Source: Oscillospiraceae bacterium
GTDB taxonomy: Bacteria; Bacillota; Clostridia; Oscillospirales; CAG-272
Length of the DNA stretch: 64,000 nt
Reading direction: 5' to 3'
Assembly: GCA_015065455.1 (NCBI GenBank)
Contig: SVQI01000003.1
Span: 17,463-81,462 of the forward strand
Each line of letters begins with the position of its first letter. The first letter of the stretch is position 1. Shown here piece by piece: positions 1 through 8,782 of this stretch. A program made the position numbers and the translations under genes. The notes beneath the pieces are model-generated. The model ran no database searches, was not told the DNA's origin, and saw nothing but the letters and a program-made list of their open reading frames with translations.

Positions 1-193
1 CCTGGAAAATAATTTTTACCGTTCCATCGGTTTTGTTTGTGCCTGCAACGGTAAGGGGAATACGTTCTCCGTTTTCATCAACGCGGAGAATAATAAACTG
101 TCCCGGTTGAGCTTTTTTTGCTACAAGGGGAGATTCAATTTCCATTTCGATGACAGTTGGATTTAATACGCGTTTGCGGACTACTTTATACAT
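1..193 (-). CDS. 5' part of a PyrK/NfnA-like FAD/NAD-binding subunit (ferredoxin-NADP+ reductase / sulfide-dihydroorotate dehydrogenase-like); the gene runs off the left edge
   Basis: My own reverse-strand translation from the ATG at 193 gives MYKVVRKRVLNPTVIEMEIESPLVAKKAQPGQFIILRVDENGERIPLTVAGTNKTDGTVKIIFQ, open to position 1. A GGAGG Shine-Dalgarno lies about 5 nt upstream (198-203). The N-terminal pattern is typical of this family. It is absent from the ORF track because it is truncated. Confidence 0.65.
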   Translation of the reverse strand, partial: MYKVVRKRVLNPTVIEMEIESPLVAKKAQPGQFIILRVDENGERIPLTVAGTNKTDGTVKIIFQ

Positions 194-346
194 AGTAACC
201 TCCAAGTGACTTTACGTAAGTATAATATTTAATCTATAATAGCATATAAATTTAATTATTTCAAGAGGAGTAGAAAAGTTTGCAAAAAAGATAATTATTT
301 GTCGACGGGGGTAAACGATTTTTTTGAAAAAATAGCAAATAAACAC

Positions 347-376
347 TTGACAGTACGTATATCGATGTGATATAAT
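347..376 (+). promoter_or_regulatory. sigma-A type promoter of tRNA-Leu
   Basis: TTGACA (347-352), an 18-nt spacer, then TGaTATAAT (extended -10; TATAAT at 371-376), about 20 nt upstream of the tRNA 5' end. Confidence 0.6.
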
Positions 377-395
377 AACCGATGTTGAAATAAAA

Positions 396-482
396 GCCGG
401 AATGATGGAATTGGCAGACGTGCTGGACTCAAAATCCAGTGGTAGCGATACCGTGCGGGTTCGACCCCCGCTTCCGGCACCA
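396..482 (+). tRNA. tRNA-Leu (anticodon CAA), class II with a long variable arm and an encoded CCA
   Basis: Acceptor stem GCCGGAA/TTCCGGC. Anticodon arm CTGGA-CTCAAAA-TCCAG. Variable arm TGGTAGCGATACCGT. T arm GCGGG-TTCGACC-CCCGC. Discriminator A plus CCA at 480-482. Confidence 0.95.
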
Positions 483-519
483 AAGCCCCAAGAATACTTA
501 TTCTTGGGGCTTGCTTTTT
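483..519 (+). terminator. intrinsic terminator after tRNA-Leu
   Basis: A 13-bp perfect stem (AAGCCCCAAGAAT / ATTCTTGGGGCTT) with a 4-nt loop, followed by GCTTTTT. Confidence 0.85.
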
Positions 520-529
520 ATCATTGCCA

Positions 530-558
530 TTGAAAACACGACAAATTTATGGTAGAAT
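530..558 (+). promoter_or_regulatory. candidate sigma-A promoter of birA
   Basis: TTGAAA (530-535), a 17-nt spacer, then TGgTAGAAT (553-558). Confidence 0.45.
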
Positions 559-600
559 AAGTTTTGTAATAAAGAAAGTTGGACAAATAAGGTGATCAGT

Positions 601-1326
601 ATGACCGAAAAAGATATAAATGATATTAAAATTTATCACTACAGTTGTGTTGACTCTACAAATAAGTTAGCGCAGAATATGGAAAACTATTTACATCTCG
701 ATACTATTGTGTCTGACAGTCAAACCGCAGGCAGAGGAAGAATGGGACGCGAGTTTTTTTCTTATAACGGCGGACTTTATATGTCGGTTATCCTTGACCC
801 ATCAAAAATAAAAATACCGCTACATCTTTGTACACCGTCAGCTGCTTTAGCCGTAAAAAAAGCATTAGAAAAAAGAGGCGTAGAAAACATTTACGTAAAG
901 TGGGTAAACGATCTTCTTATAGATGATAAAAAAATATGTGGTATACTAAGCGAAAGCCGAACTGTTGATTCAAAAATCGAACGAGTAGTGATAGGAATTG
1001 GTATAAATTTAGAGATAAATAAAGACGGTTTTCCCGATTCTATTGCTAATAAAGCAGGGTATGCAAATTATAATGGAGGAAAGCTTGATCTTGCCTCTGA
1101 TATAGCCCAAAATATTGGAGAGTATATAAAGAGCAATACAGAAGCTATTATTGAAGAATATACAAAAAATATGGCTTGGCTGGGTAAAGAGGTTGAAGTA
1201 ACAGATTATGCTGACTCCAACAAAAAAATTGAAGGTATAATTATAGGCGTTAACCAAGATTGTTTTCTGAAATTTCAGACACGAGAGGGAAACGTGAGAT
1301 TTTTATCCTCGGGCGAAATATTATGA
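601..1326 (+). CDS. birA: biotin--[acetyl-CoA-carboxylase] ligase, class I (no N-terminal HTH repressor domain)
   Basis: Carries the QTAGRGRMGREF (GRGRxGR) and KWVNDL motifs at about 240 aa. I prefer the ATG at 601 (AAGGTGA SD 6 nt upstream) over the track's GTG at 592. Confidence 0.85.
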   Translation: MTEKDINDIKIYHYSCVDSTNKLAQNMENYLHLDTIVSDSQTAGRGRMGREFFSYNGGLYMSVILDPSKIKIPLHLCTPSAALAVKKALEKRGVENIYVKWVNDLLIDDKKICGILSESRTVDSKIERVVIGIGINLEINKDGFPDSIANKAGYANYNGGKLDLASDIAQNIGEYIKSNTEAIIEEYTKNMAWLGKEVEVTDYADSNKKIEGIIIGVNQDCFLKFQTREGNVRFLSSGEIL

Positions 1327-1336
1327 TATATAAATA

Positions 1337-1374
1337 TAAAAACCGCACACTTTTGAGTGTGCGGTAATTTTTTA
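1337..1374. terminator. bidirectional intrinsic terminator between birA (+) and the carboxyltransferase gene (-)
   Basis: A 9-bp GC-rich stem ACCGCACAC/GTGTGCGGT (1342-1365) flanked by an A-run upstream and a T-run downstream. Confidence 0.8.
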
Positions 1375-1377
1375 TCT

Positions 1378-2790
1378 TTAGGATAAATCTTCAATAAAGA
1401 GCTCGCGTACTTTGTCGTTCGACACCTCGTCAAGCTTTGAACCGTAATTGCGCTCTGTCAGGAATTTTTCAGCTACCTGAGGGAAGAGGGCATAAGAAAG
1501 AACGTCTTCGTCGCTGTTTGCAAGACCTTTTGTCGACTGACGGTATTTTTCAAATTCGGGCTCAATAAGATCTGCAGGACGGCAGGTAATGATGTTTGCA
1601 TCATCACCAAGTACCTTTCTTCTTACTTCTTCGTTCACCTCTCCGGGTAACTGACCGTATTCACCTCTGAGAACGCCTTTGGATTCCTTTGTTGCCATTT
1701 TGTATCTTTCTCCCGAAAGAACGTTTAAAACAGCCTGGCTTCCTACGATCTGGCTGGTAGGAGTTACAAGGGGAGGATATCCGAAGTCTTTACGTACTCT
1801 CGGAACTTCTTCCAATACTTCGTAATATTTATCTTCTGCTTTTGCCTGCTTCAACTGAGATATGAGGTTGGAAAGCATACCACCGGGAACCTGATAAATA
1901 AGTGTGTTGGGGTCAACGTTAAGCACCTTAGGATCAAGGAATCCCTGTTCTTTAAGCTTTGCCGCGATTTTACGGAAATGAGCAGCAGGTCCTGTAAGCT
2001 TATCAAGGTCGATGCCAGTGTCGTATTCAGTTCCTCTGAGTGTTGCAACCATAGCTTCTGTAGAGGGCTGCGCTGTTCCATTAGCCATCGGCGAGAGAGC
2101 TGTATCTATTATATCAACACCCGCCTGAATAGCCATAAGATAAGTCATTTCGCCGGTACCTGTCGTGTTATGCGTATGGATGTGTATCGGAACTGTTACC
2201 TTCTTCTTTAAAGCCTTAACAAGAGAATATGCATCGTAGGGAAGGAGAAGGTTTGCCATATCTTTGATACAAATCGTGTCAGCGCCCATATTTTCGAGTT
2301 TAACAGCAAGGTCTACAAAATATTCTTCGCTGTGAACGGGGCTAACTGTATAGCTTATAGCAGCTTCTGCCAAGCCGCCGTGTTTTTTGGTGGCCTTCAT
2401 AGCCGCTTCCATATTTCTCGTATCGTTGAGTGCATCAAAAATTCTAATAACGTCAATTCCATTTTTTATGGATTTTTTGATAAACATATCAACAACGTCA
2501 TCTGAATAATGCTTGTAACCGAGAAGATTCTGTCCGCGAAGGAGCATCTGGAGCTTTGTGTCGGGAAGGTTTTTCTTCAATATTCTAAGCCTTTCCCAAG
2601 GGTCTTCTCCAAGAAATCTCATACAAGAATCAAAAGTAGCTCCGCCCCAACACTCAAGTGACCAAAAGCCCGCATCGTTGAGTGCTTTACACGCAGGGAG
2701 CATATCTTCTATTCTCATTCTTGTTGCCGCCTGTGATTGATGAGCGTCGCGGAGAATAGTATCTGTAATAAAAACTTTTTTTGTTGACAT
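1378..2790 (-). CDS. biotin-dependent carboxyltransferase 5S subunit (oxaloacetate decarboxylase alpha / pyruvate carboxylase subunit B type) without a biotinyl domain
   Basis: HMGL-like TIM-barrel signature (ITDTILRDAHQS, HIHTHNTTG). Start moved to the ATG at 2790 (MSTKKVF), which has AGAGGAG 7 nt upstream; the track start at 2814 lacks an SD. Confidence 0.85.
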   Translation of the reverse strand: MSTKKVFITDTILRDAHQSQAATRMRIEDMLPACKALNDAGFWSLECWGGATFDSCMRFLGEDPWERLRILKKNLPDTKLQMLLRGQNLLGYKHYSDDVVDMFIKKSIKNGIDVIRIFDALNDTRNMEAAMKATKKHGGLAEAAISYTVSPVHSEEYFVDLAVKLENMGADTICIKDMANLLLPYDAYSLVKALKKKVTVPIHIHTHNTTGTGEMTYLMAIQAGVDIIDTALSPMANGTAQPSTEAMVATLRGTEYDTGIDLDKLTGPAAHFRKIAAKLKEQGFLDPKVLNVDPNTLIYQVPGGMLSNLISQLKQAKAEDKYYEVLEEVPRVRKDFGYPPLVTPTSQIVGSQAVLNVLSGERYKMATKESKGVLRGEYGQLPGEVNEEVRRKVLGDDANIITCRPADLIEPEFEKYRQSTKGLANSDEDVLSYALFPQVAEKFLTERNYGSKLDEVSNDKVRELFIEDLS

Positions 2791-2814
2791 ATATGACTCC
2801 TCTTGAACCGACAT

Positions 2815-3198
2815 TTAAGCCAATGTGCAGAGCAATACGCCTGTGTCAACGGTAGCGCCGGTCTGAATGTTTACTGATGCTACTGTTCCGTCAATAGGTG
2901 ACGTAATTTCGTTTTCCATTTTCATAGCTTCAAGAATCATAAGTACGTCGCCTTTCTTTACTGCCTGACCGTTTGCAACGTTGATCTTCAATATTGTGCC
3001 GGGCATGGGAGCGGAAATTGTTGTGCTTCCTGCCTGAGCGGGTGCGGCGGGGGCAACGGGGGCTGCCTGAGCAGGTGTTGCAGATGCAGCTGATGCAGCG
3101 GGAGTAGCGGGTGCAGTTGTGCCTATATCTTTTTTATCGATTATTTCAAGTGTAATTTCATAAACATTTCCGTTAACGTTAACTTTATAAGCTTTCAT
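2815..3198 (-). CDS. free-standing biotin carboxyl carrier (biotinyl/lipoyl domain) protein
   Basis: C-terminal EAMKMENEI biotinylation motif. An Ala/Pro-rich flexible linker precedes the domain. GAGAGG SD upstream. Confidence 0.85.
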   Translation of the reverse strand: MKAYKVNVNGNVYEITLEIIDKKDIGTTAPATPAASAASATPAQAAPVAPAAPAQAGSTTISAPMPGTILKINVANGQAVKKGDVLMILEAMKMENEITSPIDGTVASVNIQTGATVDTGVLLCTLA

Positions 3199-3232
3199 TT
3201 TAATTTACCTCTCAAATAGTATATATTTTTGT

Positions 3233-3559
3233 TTACAGTTTTCTGAATGAAATAACGCGTATTGCCGATATATTAGTTCCGTTTTCCTCAGCAACTGCGG
3301 CGCATACTGCAGCAATAATTTCTTGTTTGTTTTCAATTACAGAGCCTGCGTTGTTAGTGTATTCTGGCATTCTTTCAAGTGTTATGTTCTCTCCGTAAGA
3401 GCAGTTATTTGCTTCGTTTTTTGATGCAGAATATTTAGTCAAAAAAACGATAGCTAATATAACGAGTAACCCAAGAAGAGCAACACTTGCGCCTTGCAAA
3501 TACAAAAACCAAACTGCAAGTTCTTCGTTTGTCAGAGCTTGAAGCATAAAGTGTTCCAT
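3233..3559 (-). CDS. OadG-family small membrane subunit of Na+-translocating decarboxylases
   Basis: One N-terminal TM helix (ALLGLLVILAIVFL) followed by the C-terminal IAAVCAAVAEE...ISAIRVISFRK pattern typical of OadG. AAGGAGA SD 9 nt upstream of the ATG at 3559. Confidence 0.6.
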   Translation of the reverse strand: MEHFMLQALTNEELAVWFLYLQGASVALLGLLVILAIVFLTKYSASKNEANNCSYGENITLERMPEYTNNAGSVIENKQEIIAAVCAAVAEENGTNISAIRVISFRKL

Positions 3560-3797
3560 TGTCTTTCTTCTCCTTGAAATAATATTGATAATATGTTTAT
3601 TGTTTTTTTGAAATGAGCAAAACTCAATTCAAATTAATTATAACATATATCGAATATATTTTGTGTTAATATGTCGTATTGTTAACAAATAATTCACAAT
3701 ATGTAATAATGTGTAAATATAACATTATACCGATAAGGGACAGATTGACATTTATATAGTTATTATATCATTATTAGTCTAAAGTATAATGATTCTA

Positions 3798-3826
3798 TTG
3801 ACAAAAACGGGAAATAACATTAAAAT
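3798..3826 (+). promoter_or_regulatory. candidate sigma-A promoter of the aromatic amino-acid operon
   Basis: TTGACA (3798-3803), a 17-nt spacer, TAAAAT (3821-3826). This leaves only about a 30-nt leader before pheA. Confidence 0.5.
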
Positions 3827-3859
3827 AAAATATTATAGTATAAAATGGGGGATAAGTTT

Positions 3860-4948
3860 ATGAACGATCTTGAAAAGGCAAGGCAAATTATAAATACGGC
3901 AGATAAAGAGATGGCAAAGTTTTTTGAGATGCGAATGGATGCAGTTAAACTTGTTACCTCGTATAAAAAGGAAAACGGAATACCGATAGACGATTTTGCA
4001 AGAGAAGCGGAAATGATTGAAAGAAATTCAAATCTTATCGGTAACGAAGAATACAGAGAATACTACGTTAACTTTTTAAAGAACAATATATTGTTGTCAA
4101 AAAAAATGCAGCATAAACTTCTTGAAGGAATGAAGGTTGCATACAGTGGCGTTGAGGGAGCATTTGCTAATATATGCGCAAAAAAAATATTCCCCGATGC
4201 AGAGAGCATACCGTTTGGTGATTTTAAAACGGCGTACAAAGCTGTAGAAAACGGTGAATGTGACTGTGTTATTCTTCCTATTGAAAACAGTCATAACGGT
4301 GACGTCGGAAACGTACTTGATCTTGCATTTTTTGGTTCTCTGTATATTAACGGCGTATATGAAGCGGAAATAGTTCAAAATCTTCTTGCAGTTAAGGGCG
4401 CCGTAATAGAAGATGTAAAAAAAGTAATAAGTCATCCGCAGGCTTTGGGACAAAGCGCAAGTTTTATAGAAAAATATAATCTTGAAACCGAGGATGCAGT
4501 TAATACAGCTGTTGCAGCAAAAACTGTTGCAGAAATGGGATCAAAGAGTGTTGCTGCGATTGGAAGTGTAGAGGCAGCAGAAAAGTACGGACTTAACGTT
4601 TTGGCAGCGCATATTAACGAAAGCAATACTAATTCGACAAGATTCGCAGTTTTTTCTCGCTCTAAGCGTAATCCTTCTGTAAGTGATGACAGATTTATAA
4701 TGCTGTTTACAGTAAAAAACGTTGCAGGCTCACTTGGCCGTGCTATTTCGGTAATAGGTGAACACGGCTTTAACCTTCAGGCGTTAAAAAGCCGTCCAAC
4801 TAAAGAGCTTGTGTGGGACTATTTCTTTTATGTTGAGGGCGAAGGCAATATAAACAGCGAGCAGGGCAGAGCTATGGTAGCTGATCTTCAAGAATGTTGT
4901 TCAAACTTGAAGATAGTTGGTTATTTTGATAAAGAAATACGTATTTAA
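3860..4948 (+). CDS. pheA: bifunctional chorismate mutase / prephenate dehydratase (CM + PDT + ACT domains)
   Basis: N-terminal AroQ-type chorismate mutase helices (LEKARQIINTADKEMAKFFEMRM), a PDT core (VAYSGVEGAFAN ... TRF) and a C-terminal ACT domain. The ATG at 3860 has GGGGGA 7 nt upstream; the track ATG at 3845 has no SD. Confidence 0.85.
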   Translation: MNDLEKARQIINTADKEMAKFFEMRMDAVKLVTSYKKENGIPIDDFAREAEMIERNSNLIGNEEYREYYVNFLKNNILLSKKMQHKLLEGMKVAYSGVEGAFANICAKKIFPDAESIPFGDFKTAYKAVENGECDCVILPIENSHNGDVGNVLDLAFFGSLYINGVYEAEIVQNLLAVKGAVIEDVKKVISHPQALGQSASFIEKYNLETEDAVNTAVAAKTVAEMGSKSVAAIGSVEAAEKYGLNVLAAHINESNTNSTRFAVFSRSKRNPSVSDDRFIMLFTVKNVAGSLGRAISVIGEHGFNLQALKSRPTKELVWDYFFYVEGEGNINSEQGRAMVADLQECCSNLKIVGYFDKEIRI

Positions 4949-4990
4949 TTGTTTATTGATCAGCAAAAAGTGAAAGTGGTGAAAACAGAT

Positions 4991-6004
4991 ATGATTATAC
5001 CGATAAAAACACAAAACGGATCTTATAATATTTATCTCGAAAGAGGTGCCTTGAATAAGGCTGGGGAATATTTTGATCTTGACCGTAAGGTTATGATAGT
5101 TACCGATACGGGCGTACCTTCGGAATATTCAAAAACTGTTGCCGCTTTGTGTAAAAACGCCGTAATTACGACGATAGAAATGGGTGAAAAATCAAAGAAT
5201 ATAGATACTTTTAAATACATTCTTGAATGTATGGTAAAAAACGATTTCACCAGAACGGACTGTGTTGTCGCTGTTGGCGGAGGTGTGGTTGGTGATCTTT
5301 CAGGTTTTGTAGCTTCATGTTTTATGAGGGGCGTTGACTTTTATAATATTCCTACAACATTTCTTTCTCAGGTGGATTCTTCTATTGGCGGAAAGACAGC
5401 TGTCGATTTTATGGGATTAAAAAATATTGTCGGAGCTTTTTACCAACCAAAAGGTGTTCTGATTGATTCAGATACTTTGAAAACCTTGCCCGATAGACAG
5501 TTATCAAACGGATTAGCGGAGTCTGTGAAAATGTCCTTGACGAGTGATCCTGTTTTATTTGACATTTTAGAGAAAAGTGATATTTCAGAAAATATTGATA
5601 CAATAATTTTACGTTCGTTGAACGTAAAGAAATACGTTGTTGAACAGGATGAGAAGGAAGCGGGATTACGTAAAATTTTGAATTTCGGTCATACGCTTGC
5701 TCACTCCATTGAAACAAATGAAAATTTAGAAAAATACTATCATGGAGAATGTGTTGCGATAGGAATGGTTCCTATGTGTTCGGAAGAAGTTAGAAAAAGA
5801 CTTATTCCTGTTTTAAACAAGATGAATCTTCCGACAAAAACGGAATATTCAATAGATTTGCTTCTTGATGTATGCAAGCACGACAAAAAGATGTCGGGAG
5901 AAAATATAACCGTAGTATACGTTGACAAGATCGGAAGTGCAGAGCTTATAAAAATGCCGTTTGTCGAGTATGGAGATATGGTAAAGAGGGGGCTGAATAT
6001 ATGA
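4991..6004 (+). CDS. aroB: 3-dehydroquinate synthase
   Basis: GGGVVGDLSGFVAS nucleotide-binding motif and HTLAHSIE metal-ligand region. The start is uncertain: ATG 4991 (preferred), GTG 4970/4976/4979 or TTG 4949. Confidence 0.9.
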   Translation: MIIPIKTQNGSYNIYLERGALNKAGEYFDLDRKVMIVTDTGVPSEYSKTVAALCKNAVITTIEMGEKSKNIDTFKYILECMVKNDFTRTDCVVAVGGGVVGDLSGFVASCFMRGVDFYNIPTTFLSQVDSSIGGKTAVDFMGLKNIVGAFYQPKGVLIDSDTLKTLPDRQLSNGLAESVKMSLTSDPVLFDILEKSDISENIDTIILRSLNVKKYVVEQDEKEAGLRKILNFGHTLAHSIETNENLEKYYHGECVAIGMVPMCSEEVRKRLIPVLNKMNLPTKTEYSIDLLLDVCKHDKKMSGENITVVYVDKIGSAELIKMPFVEYGDMVKRGLNI

Positions 6005-7098
6005 AAAATACTTTTGGAAATAACGTTTCTGTAACAATTTTCGGTGAAAGCCACGGCAACGCCATAGGGGTTGTAATTGACGGATTAGCTCCCGGAGTTG
6101 ATGTTGATGAAAACTATATAAACAAGCTGTTAGAGCTTCGCAGACCTGCCGAAGCTATTTCTACTTCGCGAAAAGAAGCAGATAAATTTGTAATTGAAAG
6201 CGGAGTTTTTGAAGGAAAAACTACAGGTACTCCGATTTGCATTCTGATCCCCAATGAAGATACACGTTCAAAGGATTATTCGCAAACACGTTGGCTCGCA
6301 AGACCTTCTCACGCGGACTATACTTCTAACTGTAAATATCACGGTTACGAAGATTTCAGAGGCGGCGGTCATTTCAGCGGACGTATAACTGCGGGATTGG
6401 TTGCAGCGGGTGGAATTATTCTTCCTGCATTAAACAAAAAGGGAATTATGATTGGTACGCACATAAAAAAATGCGCAGGAATATCGGATAGAGATTTTTC
6501 AGATAATTTAATCGGTGATATTGAATCACTTTATGAAAAAAAGTTTGCTGTATTAGATGCTGCAGTTGAAGAACAGATGAAACAAGCTATAATTTCTGCA
6601 AAAAATAACGGTAACAGCGTTGGCGGAATACTTGAAACAGCTATTACCGGAATTGATGCAGGGGTTGGCGAACCTTGGTTTGATACAGTTGAAGGTGTGC
6701 TTTCACACGCTGTTTTCTCAGTACCGGGAATAAAGGGAATCGAGTTTGGCGCAGGATTTGGTCTTGCTGATATGTATGGTTCGGAATCAAACGACTCGTT
6801 CTGCTACGAAGGTGAAAAGGTTGTAACAAAAACTAATAATTCAGGTGGTATTAACGGCGGTATTACCAACGGTATGCCTATTGTTTTCAGATGTGCTGTA
6901 AGACCTACTCCTACGCTTTCGCTTGAGCAGAATACGGTAGATTTGCAGAAAAAACAGAATGCTGTTTTAAATTCAAAAGGCAGACACGACCCTTGTATAG
7001 TTCACAGAGCGAGAATAGTTGTTGACTGTATAACTGCTATTACCGTATGCGATATGATGACAGGCAGATACGGAACGGATTGGTTGGCGGAAATATGA
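6001..7098 (+). CDS. aroC: chorismate synthase
   Basis: FGESHG, RPSHADYT and GRHDPC signatures. ATGA overlap with the aroB stop. Confidence 0.95.
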   Translation: MKNTFGNNVSVTIFGESHGNAIGVVIDGLAPGVDVDENYINKLLELRRPAEAISTSRKEADKFVIESGVFEGKTTGTPICILIPNEDTRSKDYSQTRWLARPSHADYTSNCKYHGYEDFRGGGHFSGRITAGLVAAGGIILPALNKKGIMIGTHIKKCAGISDRDFSDNLIGDIESLYEKKFAVLDAAVEEQMKQAIISAKNNGNSVGGILETAITGIDAGVGEPWFDTVEGVLSHAVFSVPGIKGIEFGAGFGLADMYGSESNDSFCYEGEKVVTKTNNSGGINGGITNGMPIVFRCAVRPTPTLSLEQNTVDLQKKQNAVLNSKGRHDPCIVHRARIVVDCITAITVCDMMTGRYGTDWLAEI

Positions 7099-8342
7099 CG
7101 TACGGACTTATAGCGGAAAAGTTGGGTCATAGCTTTTCAAAGGAAATTCACAGTATGCTTTTTGATTACGACTATGAGCTTTGCGAGGTGTCAAAAGAAA
7201 ACTTTGATTCCTTTATGAAGAAAAGGGAATTTAAAGCAATTAACGTTACTATACCGTATAAGGAAATGGTTATTCCGTATCTTGACGAAATTAGCGAAAA
7301 TGCAAGAAAAATCGGTGCTGTCAATACTATAGTAAATAAAAATAACCGTTTAATAGGTTATAATACCGACTATCTCGGATTGAAGGATCTGATTAAGAGA
7401 CAAAATATAGAGATAAAAAATAAAAAGGTACTGATCTTAGGAAGCGGCGGAACGTCAAAGACTGCGTTTGCTGTGGCGGAAAGTATGGGGTGTTCTTTTG
7501 TTACTCGTGTTTCGCGCAAAGAGGGAAACGGTTGTATTACTTATGAACGCGCGGTAAATGAACATTCGGGTGCAGATGTAATAATCAACACAACTCCTGT
7601 TGGAATGTATCCTGTAATTAACGTTTCTCCGATAGATATTAGCTGTTTTCCAAAGCTTTCAGGCGTTGTTGACGTAGTATATAACCCACTAAAAACAAAA
7701 CTTGTCTGCGATGCACAAAAGATGGGCATAAACGCGGTAGGCGGGCTTTATATGCTTGTTTCTCAGGCTGTCAGAGCTGCTGAAAAGTTTTTGGATACTG
7801 AAGTTGACAACAGCGAGATAGAAAGAGTATACAAAGATATATATGCTTCAAAACAGAATATTGTTTTGACCGGTATGCCTGGAGCCGGTAAAACCACTAT
7901 AGGCAAGATTTTGGCGAAAAAACTTGGCAAAGAATTTGTTGATACAGACGAATTAATTGTACAAAGAGAGAAAAAGACCATTCCGCAGATATTTGATGAG
8001 GTTGGGGAAAAAGGTTTCCGCAAGATTGAAAGCGATGTTGTTTCTGATCTTGGAACTGTACAGAATTCGATTATTTCAACGGGGGGCGGAGCTGTACTTA
8101 ACCCTATAAATGTAGAGATATTAAAAGAAAACGGAGTTATTGTTTTTATTGACAGGGATATTTCGTCTATAGTTGCTACAAAAGACAGACCGCTTACTAG
8201 TAACAGAGCAGATCTCGAGAAAAAATATAACGAACGTTATCCTATTTACAAGAATGGGTGCGATTTGCATATAAAAATCGGTAACGATGCTGAGCAAAAC
8301 GCAATAAAAATTACAGAAATGATCAAAGAGGGTTGTATTTGA
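7095..8342 (+). CDS. fused shikimate dehydrogenase (N-terminal) / shikimate kinase (C-terminal)
   Basis: The AroE part carries NVTIPYK, GAVNT, NTDY and GSGGTSK. The AroK part carries the Walker A GMPGAGKTTIGK, DTD and GGGAV. The ATG at 7095 overlaps the aroC stop (ATGA). The track's upstream extension (7047) lies inside aroC. Confidence 0.85.
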   Translation: MTYGLIAEKLGHSFSKEIHSMLFDYDYELCEVSKENFDSFMKKREFKAINVTIPYKEMVIPYLDEISENARKIGAVNTIVNKNNRLIGYNTDYLGLKDLIKRQNIEIKNKKVLILGSGGTSKTAFAVAESMGCSFVTRVSRKEGNGCITYERAVNEHSGADVIINTTPVGMYPVINVSPIDISCFPKLSGVVDVVYNPLKTKLVCDAQKMGINAVGGLYMLVSQAVRAAEKFLDTEVDNSEIERVYKDIYASKQNIVLTGMPGAGKTTIGKILAKKLGKEFVDTDELIVQREKKTIPQIFDEVGEKGFRKIESDVVSDLGTVQNSIISTGGGAVLNPINVEILKENGVIVFIDRDISSIVATKDRPLTSNRADLEKKYNERYPIYKNGCDLHIKIGNDAEQNAIKITEMIKEGCI

Positions 8343-8782
8343 TGAAAATACTTGTATTAAACGGGCCAAATCTAAATATGCTTGGAATCAGAGAGCCGTC
8401 TTTGTATGGTTCACAAACTTATGAAAATCTCTGCAAATTGATAGAAGAACATTGCGATGACAAAAATATAGACATAGAGATATATCAATCTAATCATGAA
8501 GGCTGTCTTGTTGATAAAATCCAGCAGAGCTACAAAACAATTGACGGTATTGTAATTAACCCTGCAGCCTATACACACACAAGCGTTGCGCTTCTCGATG
8601 CTTTGAAGGCTGTGTCTATTCCTGCCGTTGAGGTCCACATTTCCGACGTGTCTAAACGTGAAGATTTCAGACAGATAAGCTTTGTCAGATATTATTGCGA
8701 AAAAACGATTGCAGGAAAAGGATTTGACGGATATATTGAGGCAATAGATTATCTTGTTGATAAGTACGGTGTAGAGCAATGA
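8342..8782 (+). CDS. aroQ: type II 3-dehydroquinate dehydratase
   Basis: ILVLNGPNLNMLGIREPSLYG, NPAAYTHTSVAL and VHISD motifs. Start at 8342 (TGATG overlap with the previous stop). Confidence 0.9.
   Translation: MKILVLNGPNLNMLGIREPSLYGSQTYENLCKLIEEHCDDKNIDIEIYQSNHEGCLVDKIQQSYKTIDGIVINPAAYTHTSVALLDALKAVSIPAVEVHISDVSKREDFRQISFVRYYCEKTIAGKGFDGYIEAIDYLVDKYGVEQ

Noticed and set aside
295-483. 62-aa minus-strand ORF from the track.
   Set aside because: It is the antisense of tRNA-Leu and its promoter, with no SD. A shadow ORF.
3025-3120. Locally GC-rich, repetitive GCxGCx DNA.
   Set aside because: It encodes the Ala/Pro-rich flexible linker of the biotin carrier protein (APATPAASAASATPAQAAPVAPAAPAQAG). 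It is not a repeat element.
3560-3859. Looked for a T-box, attenuator or operator in the 300-nt AT-rich region upstream of the aro operon. Found only a 7-bp inverted repeat, ATAATGT-N9-ACATTAT (3706-3728), and a GTTAAC palindrome.
   Set aside because: There is no T-box consensus, no terminator/antiterminator pair and no leader peptide. Short AT-only palindromes are expected by chance at this base composition.
7047-7094. N-terminal extensions of track ORFs (7047 aroE/K, 8333 aroQ, 3845 pheA, 592 birA, 2814 carboxyltransferase, 32619 membrane protein, 35078 malQ, 43637 pflB, 57968 HAD, 60790 suhB-like, 22015 murB).
   Set aside because: In each case an internal ATG has a proper Shine-Dalgarno or a start/stop overlap with the upstream gene. 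The extension lies inside the previous gene, a terminator or a promoter.
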